This document shows, one piece after another, positions 20,947-31,936 of a stretch of DNA of 64,000 bases (position 1 is its first letter; the number at the start of each line of letters is the position of its first letter). The notes beneath the pieces were generated by a model that worked only from the letters and a program-made list of their open reading frames with translations, made no database searches and was not told the origin of the DNA. A program made the position numbers and the translations under genes. Source of the stretch: Savitreella phatthalungensis (lineage: Eukaryota); the NCBI GenBank assembly GCA_051599415.1, contig AP039690.1, forward strand, positions 868,001 to 932,000, read 5' to 3'.

Positions 20947-22091
20947 TGTGTTGGTTAGATCAGATGAAAGATTACAAGCAATGGACGGCCTCAATGACTG
21001 AAAGGGAGACTGTTGTATGCCTGGTAAGAGTATGTCATCGCTTGCCCGCGATCCCACCCACAATGATGCTGTGGAGATGGAGAGTCAGCGGGCTATGACG
21101 GAATTTGAATGGAGAATCATACAGACTTTTGAATTATAAATCCAGGAGGGGATGAATCTGAATTGTGATCAATCAATATATAGAAGAACATCAGGAGGTC
21201 CGATGAAACTTTATGTAAATTTGATGTAGAACAGGCGCCCTGCCCTGGCCAACTGCGCACGTGCCATTGCTAGCTGAGATGGAGGTCGACGTTCATGTAA
21301 CAGAACATACAAATTAGATTACAGCTGGGCCAATCTGAAAGATGGATAGGTTTTCCACGTTCGAAGAATTCCGCACAGAGCCCTGTCATGATGAGCAGAT
21401 CGAGATTGCTTGCAAATTGAAGGAGTCCGCGTCGTGCATCTGCCGTATCGGCACATGGACAGGCTTGGACATGGCCAGGTTGTGATTGTCTTCTTAAACC
21501 GCAGATACGTACATAATATTAGATCTGAACGGAATCTCGAGATTTGATATATGTGCACGTGCGTGTACACGGATGTGCTTCACTACCCTAGATTCCAATA
21601 TTGATATAAATTTAGTATTGAAAATAGCAATTTTGAGATTTGACTATCAATCACGGCTATTGTTTGGCTGATCTACTTGATTTCGTTATATGCTCGGCAT
21701 TCATGATCGAGTATACTTGCGAAGTCAATTATCCACTCTGGAGTCTACCTCACTCCACTGAATCCAGCTCCATATCAACAATGGGGCACTGCAGCCTGAG
21801 CGATCAGACTTCGTGCATCCACTATCGATATTCATAGTTTCAATATGGCTTAGCATGAGCTGATCCCGTGCCCGCGAATGCTGGACTCGACACGTCTCCG
21901 TCCACACAGACACGCCTCGTGATCCATCTTCCAAGGCATACATCTTTGACTCATAGACTTATCAGGAGCAACAAGTCAATCGAACGCAATTCATTCGTCC
22001 TCGAGACTGTCGATTCCAGCTACCCAGGATTTAGAATCGCAAGCGGACGACAGCTTCGAGTCGTCCAAATTTCTGTGGCTTAAAAGCTACC

Positions 22092-25000
22092 ATGGAGTCC
22101 AGTTCTGTATTTGCAAACGATCCGGCGGACCTGGCCACGGCCCAGCGGCTGGTCACGTCAATGGAAAATGTTCCTCTTTCCAGTCCAGGAGAAGCTTATG
22201 AGATCAGCAGTGGGGATGACCTAGACTCGGATGTCGAAACGGATGAGCGTCCGGCACATCGTCAGTCGAAGAGCCGACCGCAACAACAACCCAACTTCAA
22301 CGATGAGTCCGCTTTCCCATCCCTTAATGGAGGGTCCAATCCGGGCAAAGGCCCCGGTGGCGCTGCCAAATCTTTATGGGGTTCCGGTGGGACGAGCCGG
22401 CCTGTCGTTGCTCCTGTCCGCAGTCAAGTCGTCTCAGCTTCGGATCTTGTAACAGAAACGGTCAAATTAGACTCTGCCGATCAACAAGCGCGCACGCTTG
22501 GTGTCGGAGAGACCGTAAAGACGCTTCAGCGCAGGACAGGCACTACGATACAGATGTCGACTGCTCAGAAGACTGGCACAACAACCTTTCTGATCCGCGG
22601 CAAGCCTGATGCCGTTGCCGAAGCAAAAGCAGCTCTCTTCAAGGATCTTGCCAAACGTGTCATTTTGAAAATCTCGGTGCCGAGCGTCGTCAGGCCTTTC
22701 ATCATCGGCTCGAAAGGCAAGACTCTCAAAATGATTCAGGACAAGACAGGGGCACGCATTCAACTTCCAAAGCGCGATGAGTCGATCGATCCAGCGGAGC
22801 ATGATTCCGAGGAGATGTCAGAAATTACGATTGAGGCAGACGTCTATGGTGCTACCGAAGCGCGTAAGCAGATCGAAGCAATCGTCGCCGAACGCACCTC
22901 GTCTGCATCTATCAAGATCACAGATGTTCCGGCTGATCACTTCCCTTTTGTCGCTCTGGAAGCTCGGCGATGGGAGGCGGCGCATGACACTCTCAAGGTC
23001 AAAGTGCCCCTATCTCTAGCTGATGAGACATCGCGACCGGAGATCAGCGTTTCCGGCTCTAAAGAGGTCGTCGACGAGATCAAAAGTCGGATCGAAGGCT
23101 TGTCAGAGCAGCTCGCACGCAACACGATAGTCTCGTTCATCAATTTGCCAAAGCCGCATCACCAGTTCGTATCGGGAACTGTACAGAATATCCTTGAGCA
23201 GACCGGCTGCTCAGTCGTTATTCCGCCAACTTCTTCCAGTTCCGATCAGATCACCGTTCGTGGACCGGCCGCCAATCTTGGCAACGCAATCTCCCTTGTG
23301 ATGGAAAAGGCGAACAGCATGGCACTCGACAGCCTCGAGATCAGTCGTGCGCACGGTGGTTCGATTGCTCACGCGGCTAACTTGACGAGGTTCTTGTCGA
23401 GTGGCAATTGTATTGCTCCAATTGAGAAGCAGCATAACGTCAAAATTGCTTTGCCCAAGAGTGAGGAACTAGCTTCCGCTGAGCGGATTGTCTACTACAT
23501 CAGTGGCCCGCAAAGCGACAGTGTAAGACTCGCGCGTACCGCGCTCATCGGCCTAGTCAATTCTCTTCCACCTGCAAAATTCGATACCATATCGATCGAG
23601 CCTTTACTGCACAACATTGTTGTTGGACCGAAGCAGAAAAACCTCGTAGCTTTGAAGAAGGAACTTGGCATCGACGTGGTTGTTCCGACCTTGGCGGACG
23701 ACGAGAACTTCGTCCTCGTAGCTGAGAAGGCTGCAGATCCCGCTTCAGCCAGGCAAAGTCTGGCCGATGCGAAGGCGCAGCTGCAGGTACGCGTTGACGC
23801 TGCCGGGCATATTTCGAGCCAGACCATTTCCATTCCCTCAACTGACCATAAATTCATCACCGGCAAGAACAAAACCACTCTCAATGCCATTACTGGCGGC
23901 AGCGATTCCACGGTCCGTGTCATCTTCGGTGAGCCAAACGCCGACGATATCACCGTCCGCGGCCCGGAAAAAGAGGTGATTCGAGTCATCAAAGAATTTG
24001 GCGAAGTCATCGTACAAGCGAAAGACGCGCAAGCCGAAAGTGACTTCAAGCTCGAGTTTGCATTTCCTCCGCAGTTTGCCAAGAATCTAATTGGTAAAGG
24101 TGGGCAAAACATTACAAAGCTGCGGGACGAGCTCGGTGTCAAGATCGAAGTCGATGATGAAGGCAATGTCACCGTACAAGGTCCGCCACGGAACGCGGAG
24201 GAGGCCAAGGCTCGAATCACAGCGCTTGAAGAGCGCCTGCTGGATGAGACCACCTATCGGCTGAAAATTCCGGCTGAATTCCACGGCCAAATTATCGGCC
24301 AGGGCGGCAAGCTCGTTAAGCGGCTTGAGGAGAAGTATGAGGTCAGTATCCAGTTTCCAAGATCAAACACCGGAGTGAAATCGTCGAGCACGACCGACGA
24401 TCGTGACAAAGTCGGGAAGAACGAGGTGGTGGTCAAGGGCGGAAAGAGAGGTGCCACCAAGGCGCGAGATGAGATCATGGAGCTGTTCGCGTATGAGAGC
24501 GAGCATGCGTACTCAACCACGATTCGAGTGCTTCAGAAATCGATCTCTCACATTGTCGGGCGCGCAGGTACGGTGATCAATGAGCTTAAAGAGGAAACAA
24601 ACACACGCATCGACATCGATCGGTCTGCAGATAGTCAACAGAACGGTACAGGGCCTGACTCGTCAGTGACAATCACGATCACAGGCAAGAAGTCGCAGGT
24701 CGAGATCGCGAAGGCCAGAATCGAAGAGATTGATCGCGAGCTCGAGGACACCGTGCAGCGAAGCGTGATCGTGGACCCCGCTCACCATCGTACGCTCATT
24801 GGTACGGGTGGCAACAATCTGAGAGACATCGTCGTCAAGGCAGGCGGACCAGAAGATGCATCAGCGCGAGCACACATGGTGCGCTTTCCGCGCCAAGGAG
24901 AGATCTCAAATGAAATCGTGCTGCGCGGTCCACGAAAGGTCGTTGAAAAGATCGCGAAAGCGTTTGAGAAGCTCGTTGGCGATGCATCGAACCAGCACAG

Positions 25001-25766
25001 CGAAGTCATCGATGTGCCCGCCGAACAAGTTCGCATGGTCATTGGCCGTGCTGGCACAAAGAAACAAGAACTCGAGACTGTGCACAGCGTCACGATCGAC
25101 GTGCCTCGAGCCTCGTCAGAGGGCACTGGGGCGACGTTACCGGTCAAAATTCTTGGAAAACCCGAGAATGTTGAGCTGGCAAAGGCAGCCATCGTTGCGC
25201 TGATCAAGACTGCTGAGACCGATGTTGTCTCTGTTCCTCGCCGGTTACATGCTGTTGTGGCTGATGGTGGCAGCTTCATCCGCAAGCTCAAATCGGACTG
25301 CAAGGTGAGCGTGAGCCACGACGGTCAAAAGACGCCTTCGGTTTCCAGACCGAAAGCTACCACAACTCCGAGCACCGCAGCCCGGATCGACGACGATTCG
25401 AATGACGAGGTTCCCACTGCGTTCATGGTCGTCGAGGCCGCGTCAAGCGAAGAGCTGGGAGACATACCATGGGTACTCAAGGGTGACCGCAACAACTTGG
25501 AACGTGCCAAGCGCGCCATTGCCAAAGCCATTTCGCAGGCCGAGCAGCAGACACACATAGCATACATGACAGTGCCAAGCGAGAAACATCGCTTCATAAT
25601 CGGTCCGGGCGGCTCGACCATCACAGAGATTCGACAGCAGAGTGGAACGAAGATCGACGTACCTCGAGAGAAGACGGACGAGACGATCGTACTCAAAGGC
25701 TCTAAGCAGGGACTCGAGCAAGCGCGTGATCTGATTCTTGAAGCTATCAAACCTCGAAGGTCCTAG
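22092..25766 (+). CDS. SCP160: Vigilin / multi-KH-domain RNA-binding protein
   Basis: 1224 aa with repeated KH GxxG loops (IIGSKG, LIGKGG, IIGQGG, IVGRAG, LIGTGG, VIGRAG, IIGPGG) and N-terminal ESAFPSL. Confidence 0.95.
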   Translation: MESSSVFANDPADLATAQRLVTSMENVPLSSPGEAYEISSGDDLDSDVETDERPAHRQSKSRPQQQPNFNDESAFPSLNGGSNPGKGPGGAAKSLWGSGGTSRPVVAPVRSQVVSASDLVTETVKLDSADQQARTLGVGETVKTLQRRTGTTIQMSTAQKTGTTTFLIRGKPDAVAEAKAALFKDLAKRVILKISVPSVVRPFIIGSKGKTLKMIQDKTGARIQLPKRDESIDPAEHDSEEMSEITIEADVYGATEARKQIEAIVAERTSSASIKITDVPADHFPFVALEARRWEAAHDTLKVKVPLSLADETSRPEISVSGSKEVVDEIKSRIEGLSEQLARNTIVSFINLPKPHHQFVSGTVQNILEQTGCSVVIPPTSSSSDQITVRGPAANLGNAISLVMEKANSMALDSLEISRAHGGSIAHAANLTRFLSSGNCIAPIEKQHNVKIALPKSEELASAERIVYYISGPQSDSVRLARTALIGLVNSLPPAKFDTISIEPLLHNIVVGPKQKNLVALKKELGIDVVVPTLADDENFVLVAEKAADPASARQSLADAKAQLQVRVDAAGHISSQTISIPSTDHKFITGKNKTTLNAITGGSDSTVRVIFGEPNADDITVRGPEKEVIRVIKEFGEVIVQAKDAQAESDFKLEFAFPPQFAKNLIGKGGQNITKLRDELGVKIEVDDEGNVTVQGPPRNAEEAKARITALEERLLDETTYRLKIPAEFHGQIIGQGGKLVKRLEEKYEVSIQFPRSNTGVKSSSTTDDRDKVGKNEVVVKGGKRGATKARDEIMELFAYESEHAYSTTIRVLQKSISHIVGRAGTVINELKEETNTRIDIDRSADSQQNGTGPDSSVTITITGKKSQVEIAKARIEEIDRELEDTVQRSVIVDPAHHRTLIGTGGNNLRDIVVKAGGPEDASARAHMVRFPRQGEISNEIVLRGPRKVVEKIAKAFEKLVGDASNQHSEVIDVPAEQVRMVIGRAGTKKQELETVHSVTIDVPRASSEGTGATLPVKILGKPENVELAKAAIVALIKTAETDVVSVPRRLHAVVADGGSFIRKLKSDCKVSVSHDGQKTPSVSRPKATTTPSTAARIDDDSNDEVPTAFMVVEAASSEELGDIPWVLKGDRNNLERAKRAIAKAISQAEQQTHIAYMTVPSEKHRFIIGPGGSTITEIRQQSGTKIDVPREKTDETIVLKGSKQGLEQARDLILEAIKPRRS

Positions 25767-26008
25767 ATGTCAAAATATCTTTTGGACTGACACAGAAGCA
25801 TTTCACACTCGAGGCTAAGCATAAACGATGCAGACAAAAGCTGAGTGTAGCATACGATATGGTCTCAAGTGCTATGTATACAGAGCTCGTATCAGTGCTT
25901 GCATGACGCATCGCGTGCATTCGACTGAAACACGGGAATGTACACATACGTAGTGTACGCGTATGTGTTGAGCGTTTCTAAATATAATTCAGCTCGCCGT
26001 CAGATCGA

Positions 26009-29000
26009 ATGCACAATGAAAGACAGCCATTAGATGAAATCCTCACGAGATCGACCGCAGCGACGTGCTCCATGAAGGCCCGGCAGGGCGATCCAGTCGC
26101 CAATGTGGAAGCTGAGCTTCAGAGGTTTCTGCAGGCTCTCGAGGAACTGCGGATTGACCTCGACGGTTACAGCGAAATATCAGAGACAGAAGCACAATCA
26201 GACTCTAATGCTAGCGTCGACGACATCGAGTGGGCTTTCTGTGAAGACGACGTGCTGTCGGACGTCTCGTGCCAAGTACCGGAGCGTCCTGACGAAGAGC
26301 AGCATGTCTCGCAAGCCGAGTGGCTAGCTGCACTGTGCAGGCGTAGAGCTCATACTGAAGGATTTGCTTCTGATGTACTCTACAATAACCTGATTCAGCT
26401 GCTGTTGTCAGATCACTCAGCAGATGAACTCGAGACCTCCCTAGTCGAACTACTTGGTTTCGATGAGCTGGATGGGATTTCTCGTCTCATATTGGAGAGA
26501 CGATCCATTGTCGACGCTGTCGCTGCAACGAAGGCCGGTTCAAATGGACAGCGCGCGGTGGATGGACTCATGACCAAAGAACAGAGGCGGGCGCAGCTTC
26601 ATCGGAATGGTGGACGACCAATTTTCACAAACCCACAGCGAATGAGCGCGAATCAACAGCAATACCCACACGTTTATGGCGCAGCTCAGAATTCATCTCT
26701 CGACTTCTTCGGTAACCGCTTTGCTTTGCCTGTAGGATCTCTGCGAGAAGAGCATGATTACTACGAAGAGGTGACCATACCACCAGCTCAAAATGTCCCA
26801 CCAATGCTTGGGGAAGAGCCCAAGCTGATTGCCTCACTCGATGGCCTTTGTCGAGGCTGTTTCAAAGGATATCGGTCATTGAACCGCATTCAATCGCTTG
26901 TCTACCCAGTAGCGTATGAGACCAGCGAAAACATGCTCATCTGTGCGCCAACAGGAGCCGGTAAGACCGACGTTGCAATGCTTACTGTACTCCAGACGAT
27001 TGCTGCACATTGCACGCCCAGCCCGCGTGCTGATGCTTCGACAGATAAATTCGAAATCATGAAGGCTGACTTTAAGGTCGTTTATGTGGCGCCAATGAAA
27101 GCGCTTGCAGCCGAGGTCGTAGACAAGTTCTCCAAGAAGCTTGCATGGCTGGGTATATCCTGTCGGGAACTGACTGGCGACATGCAGCTCACAAAGCAGG
27201 AGATCCAGCGCACGCAGATTCTTGTCACAACGCCAGAGAAGTGGGATGTTGTCACGCGAAAGGGCATGACGACAGACGCTGAGCTGGTCCAGAAAGTTAA
27301 GCTACTCATCTTTGACGAGGTACATATGCTTCACGATGAGCGCGGTGCGGTGATTGAGACACTCGTGGCAAGGACGCAACGATATGTTGAGGCTACACAA
27401 TCGCCTGTCCGCGTAATTGGACTCTCGGCCACGTTGCCAAACTACCTCGACGTCGCTGACTTTCTCGGAGTGAATCGCTACGTCGGGTTGTTCTTTTTCT
27501 CATCAGCATTTCGACCAGTTGGCCTCGAACAGCATTTTATAGGCGTCAAAGGAAAACCCGGAGGGCGACAGTCAAATGAGAATCTCGATAAAGCAACATA
27601 CGAACAGGTGTCCCGACTTGTAAATGAGGGTCATCAAGTCATGGTCTTTGTCCACGCCCGGAAAGCGACAGTCCGTACCGCACAGACGCTGCTCGAGATG
27701 GCCATCAACAACAAAGACGACGTTGACTTCGATCCATCTGAGCATCCAATGTTTGACATTGGCAAAAGAGACGTCGGGCGGTCGAAAAATCGGGAGTTGC
27801 GTGAATTGTTTGTGAAAGGCTTTGGTATCCACAACGCAGGTATGCTGCGGTCCGATCGGAACCTGGTGGAGAAATACTTCGGTGAAGGCTTACTGAAGGT
27901 CCTCTGCTGCACTGCGACGCTCGCGTGGGGAGTCAACTTGCCGGCATATGCTGTTGTAATCCGCGGCACGCAGCTGTACGATCCTCAGAAAGGAAGCTTC
28001 GTCGATCTTGGCGTACTCGATGTGTTGCAAATATTTGGTCGTGCGGGAAGACCGCAGTACGAGACTCACGGTGTTGGATACATTTGCACCACACACGACA
28101 GGCTGGCTCACTATACAGCAGCCATAATGAGTCAACGGCCGATCGAGTCGCGTTTCCAAGATCGATTGATCGACAATCTCAATGCAGAGATCGCCCTCGG
28201 TACGGTCACAAAGATCGACGAAGCGGTATCTTGGCTCAGCTACACTTATCTCTTTGTCCGAATGCGGAAGAATCCCCAAGTCTATGGCATTGAGCAGGGT
28301 GAAATGAGCGATGACCCAACCCTAGCCGGACGTCGAAGAGATCTAATCGTGGCCGCTGCGCGTAAGCTGCACAAAACGCAGATGGTTGTGTATGACGAGC
28401 GTACAGAGCTCCTCACTGCTAAGGATCTCGGTCGCATAGCGTCAAATTACTACATTTCACACCAGTCCGTGGATGCGTTCAACTGTTCACTGAAGGAGAA
28501 AATGACTGAAGCGGATGTCTTCCGATGCATCAGCCAAGCGACGGAATTTTCTCAGATGCAGTCCCGCGATACTGAACAGCAGGAGCTCGATGAACTCAAA
28601 TCTTTCGCTGCGCCGTGCGCAATCAAGTCAGAGGTCAGTACTGTCGAGGGCAAGGTCAACGTCCTGCTCCAGGCGTATGTTTCCAGGGCTGCTATCGATG
28701 ATTTCGCCCTTGTGTCCGACACAAATTACGTGGCTCAGAACGGCAGTCGTGTATGCCGCGCTCTGTTCGAGATTGTGCTTTCGCGCTCGTGGCCATCTGC
28801 TGCAACGATTCTGTCGGTCTGCAAGATGCTCGAAAAACGGATGTGGAGCTTTGAACATCCGCTTGCACAAATGGCTTTACCGAAGGAGATCACGCACAAG
28901 CTTGAAGAGAAGCGCACCGCCGCATCGATAGAAGTGCTCAGAGATATGGACGTTGGCGAGCTCGGCTCTCTTGTCAATTTTCAACGACTGGGAGGCAAGA

Positions 29001-31936
29001 TCAAGCAGGCAGTGGACAACTTCCCACTCTTAGCCGTGGATTACGAGTTGGCACCATTAACGCGCCAAGTGCTTCGCGTCAAACTTTTTATCACTCCAGA
29101 TTTTGACTGGTCTGTTAGTGTTCACGGGGCAGTCGAATCCTTCTGGCTTTGGGTCGAAGATGAAGATGGCATGGAAATCTTGTATTCCGAGCCCTTCTTG
29201 TTGTCAAAACGAAGAGCAAGCGATGTGCATGAATTAGAGTTCACAATCCCTCTTCCCGAGCCCTTGCCACCTCAGATTTTCGTTCGCGCAACTTCTGATC
29301 GCTGGCTCGGCGCTGAAACACTAACCGCTATCTCGCTTGGCACTCTAGTCTTACCACGGGACGCAAATCCGGCTACGGAGTTGCTCGATCTGCAGCCGTT
29401 ACCAATAACTGCGCTGCATGATCCGACTCTTGAGGAGATCTGTGCCCGTCGGTTCCTCTATTTCAACCCTGTTCAAACACAGTATTTCCACACACTGTAC
29501 AATACGCAGCAGAACGTCCTCATTGGTGCCCCGACTGGTTCAGGCAAAACAGTTGCTGCGGAACTAGCCCTGTGGGCAGCATTCCGCCGCTATCCTAAGA
29601 GCAAAGTTGTGTATATCGCGCCGATGAAGGCTCTCGTGCGTGAGCGCATGAGCGACTGGAGCTCGAGACTGTCGGCCGCTATGGGACGAGCGGTGGTTGA
29701 ACTGACGGGTGACAATACGCCCGACACGCGGCAAATTCGATCCGCGGATATCATTATCACAACGCCCGAGAAATGGGACGGAATTTCGCGCAGCTGGAAG
29801 AATCGGGACTACGTCCGGGACGTATCGCTGGTCATTATCGACGAGATTCATCTTCTTGGAAGCGATAGGGGTCCGATTCTGGAAGTCATTGTCTCGCGAA
29901 TGAACTACATCGCTGATCAAACAAAAAGACCTGTTCGAATCCTAGGCCTGAGCACGGCGGTAGCGAACCCACTCGACCTCGCAGACTGGCTCAATATCAG
30001 TCCTTCGGGACTATTCAACTTTCGCCATGCTGCGCCCGTTGAGATCCACATTGATGGATTCCCCGGCAGGGCTTACTGTCCGCGGATGAATTCCATGAAT
30101 AAGCCGGCTTTTGCTGCAATCAAGACGCATGCGCCCACAAAGCCTGTGCTCATATTCGTCAGTTCTCGGCGCCAGACTCGCCTCACAGCGAAAGACCTCA
30201 TCGCTCTTTGTGGCTCTGAGGACAATCCGCGGCGTTTCCTGAAGATGACCGAGGATGAGCTCGAGATGATCTTGACGCGCGTGCAAGATGAAAATCTGAA
30301 AGCGTCGCTTCCATTTGGCATTGCTTTACATCACGCCGGTCTAGCCGAGACCGATCGCCGTCTTGCTGAAGAGTTATTTGTGAATCAAAAGATTCAAGTG
30401 CTAGTGGCGACGAGCACGCTAGCATGGGGCGTAAATACACCGGCTTCCCTCGTCATCATCAAAGGCACAGAATTCTTTGATGCAAAACTCGGAGGATATA
30501 AAGACATGGACCTGACAGATGTCCTCCAGATGCTTGGTCGCGCAGGCAGGCCTCAATACGATACTTACGGGATTGCTTGCATCTTCGTCAAGGACAACAA
30601 GAAAAACTTCTACAAGCACTTCCTGCACTCAGGCTTTCCTGTGGAAAGCTCATTACACACCTGTCTGGCAGACCACTTGAACGCCGAAGTCGCTGCGGGC
30701 ACCATCCGATCCACTGCCGACGCTTTTGACCTACTTCAAAGCACCTATTTTTTCCGTCGAGTGCAACAGAATCCGACCTACTACGATCTCGAGGAGGCAT
30801 CCGCCGAAGGACTCATGACTTATTTGGCAGCATGGCTGGACGGTGTATTGAAGGAGCTTCAGCTGTCAAGCTGCATTGAAATCGACGCTCAAGGACAGTT
30901 GGTCGCAACGAGTGTGGGACGGGTGACATCTTACTATTATCTGTCGCATACCACCGTGCGAGGATTCCTCGCGAATGCTACTGACCGCGCAACTTTTGAG
31001 CAAGCGTTGCAATGGCTCTCCGATGCTACAGAATTTGATGAACAGCCGGTCCGTCACAATGAGGATCTCGTCAATGCAGAACTTGCGAAGTCTTTGCGCT
31101 ACTCTCTGGGTAGTTCAAGGAAACCACCGTGGGACCCGCATGTCAAGGCATTCGTGCTCTTACAGGCGCATTTTGAAGGCCTGATGTTACCTGTCACAGA
31201 TTACATTACCGACACGATTAGCGTCCTGGACCAAAGCGTCCGAGTTCTCCAAGCTTACATTGATCTGACAGTCGACCAGGGCTGCCTCTCAACAACTCTG
31301 ATGTTGATACGACTGATGCAATCATGCAAGCAAGGACTGTGGCACGATGATCCTCCATGTGCTCTCCTTCCTGGTGTTTCGCGGCAGGTCGAGAGACCGG
31401 TGGCGCTTCAGGACTTACAGATGATGAAGGCACGCGAGCTTCGCCAAGCTGCTCGACAATTACGAGTCACAGGTTCGAGGATCGAAGAATTTATCACGGC
31501 CGTGCAAAGGCTACCCAGACTGCGTGTCCATGCGACGCAAAGCGATGCACAAACGCTGCAGGTCGATGTGACTCGCTCAGACTCGAGAGATTCGGCCTCA
31601 GGGAATCAGGAGGCGAAGGATCGTGAGTATGTGGCATGGACTCCGAAATTCCCAAAAGCCCAAACTGAAGGATGGTTTGCAATGCTTGTGGAGGCGTCGA
31701 ATGACGAAGTCATCGCGCTACGACGTGTCTCTTTCAACCCAGGGGTGCCAAATCGACCTGCACAGGCGCACTGCACTCTCAATATTCCACGCGACAGTGA
31801 GGGCTCTCGCCTGACAATTTTGATTGTGAGCGACGTGTATCCAAGCATAGAGAACGCTGTCGAGGTGAAATTGGCACGCCGAGAGGACTTTATCGCTGCA
31901 GATGATCGCAAGATTGACGTTCACATCCAGCCGTAG
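26009..31936 (+). CDS. SLH1: Ski2-like tandem helicase Slh1/Rqt2 (ASCC3 orthologue)
   Basis: Two helicase cassettes (APTGAGKT/DEVH/GRAGRPQY and APTGSGKT/DEIH/GRAGRPQY), each followed by a Sec63-like region. YPHVY and LPVGS N-terminus, plus an intact second cassette, fit Slh1 rather than Brr2. Confidence 0.93.
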   Translation: MHNERQPLDEILTRSTAATCSMKARQGDPVANVEAELQRFLQALEELRIDLDGYSEISETEAQSDSNASVDDIEWAFCEDDVLSDVSCQVPERPDEEQHVSQAEWLAALCRRRAHTEGFASDVLYNNLIQLLLSDHSADELETSLVELLGFDELDGISRLILERRSIVDAVAATKAGSNGQRAVDGLMTKEQRRAQLHRNGGRPIFTNPQRMSANQQQYPHVYGAAQNSSLDFFGNRFALPVGSLREEHDYYEEVTIPPAQNVPPMLGEEPKLIASLDGLCRGCFKGYRSLNRIQSLVYPVAYETSENMLICAPTGAGKTDVAMLTVLQTIAAHCTPSPRADASTDKFEIMKADFKVVYVAPMKALAAEVVDKFSKKLAWLGISCRELTGDMQLTKQEIQRTQILVTTPEKWDVVTRKGMTTDAELVQKVKLLIFDEVHMLHDERGAVIETLVARTQRYVEATQSPVRVIGLSATLPNYLDVADFLGVNRYVGLFFFSSAFRPVGLEQHFIGVKGKPGGRQSNENLDKATYEQVSRLVNEGHQVMVFVHARKATVRTAQTLLEMAINNKDDVDFDPSEHPMFDIGKRDVGRSKNRELRELFVKGFGIHNAGMLRSDRNLVEKYFGEGLLKVLCCTATLAWGVNLPAYAVVIRGTQLYDPQKGSFVDLGVLDVLQIFGRAGRPQYETHGVGYICTTHDRLAHYTAAIMSQRPIESRFQDRLIDNLNAEIALGTVTKIDEAVSWLSYTYLFVRMRKNPQVYGIEQGEMSDDPTLAGRRRDLIVAAARKLHKTQMVVYDERTELLTAKDLGRIASNYYISHQSVDAFNCSLKEKMTEADVFRCISQATEFSQMQSRDTEQQELDELKSFAAPCAIKSEVSTVEGKVNVLLQAYVSRAAIDDFALVSDTNYVAQNGSRVCRALFEIVLSRSWPSAATILSVCKMLEKRMWSFEHPLAQMALPKEITHKLEEKRTAASIEVLRDMDVGELGSLVNFQRLGGKIKQAVDNFPLLAVDYELAPLTRQVLRVKLFITPDFDWSVSVHGAVESFWLWVEDEDGMEILYSEPFLLSKRRASDVHELEFTIPLPEPLPPQIFVRATSDRWLGAETLTAISLGTLVLPRDANPATELLDLQPLPITALHDPTLEEICARRFLYFNPVQTQYFHTLYNTQQNVLIGAPTGSGKTVAAELALWAAFRRYPKSKVVYIAPMKALVRERMSDWSSRLSAAMGRAVVELTGDNTPDTRQIRSADIIITTPEKWDGISRSWKNRDYVRDVSLVIIDEIHLLGSDRGPILEVIVSRMNYIADQTKRPVRILGLSTAVANPLDLADWLNISPSGLFNFRHAAPVEIHIDGFPGRAYCPRMNSMNKPAFAAIKTHAPTKPVLIFVSSRRQTRLTAKDLIALCGSEDNPRRFLKMTEDELEMILTRVQDENLKASLPFGIALHHAGLAETDRRLAEELFVNQKIQVLVATSTLAWGVNTPASLVIIKGTEFFDAKLGGYKDMDLTDVLQMLGRAGRPQYDTYGIACIFVKDNKKNFYKHFLHSGFPVESSLHTCLADHLNAEVAAGTIRSTADAFDLLQSTYFFRRVQQNPTYYDLEEASAEGLMTYLAAWLDGVLKELQLSSCIEIDAQGQLVATSVGRVTSYYYLSHTTVRGFLANATDRATFEQALQWLSDATEFDEQPVRHNEDLVNAELAKSLRYSLGSSRKPPWDPHVKAFVLLQAHFEGLMLPVTDYITDTISVLDQSVRVLQAYIDLTVDQGCLSTTLMLIRLMQSCKQGLWHDDPPCALLPGVSRQVERPVALQDLQMMKARELRQAARQLRVTGSRIEEFITAVQRLPRLRVHATQSDAQTLQVDVTRSDSRDSASGNQEAKDREYVAWTPKFPKAQTEGWFAMLVEASNDEVIALRRVSFNPGVPNRPAQAHCTLNIPRDSEGSRLTILIVSDVYPSIENAVEVKLARREDFIAADDRKIDVHIQP

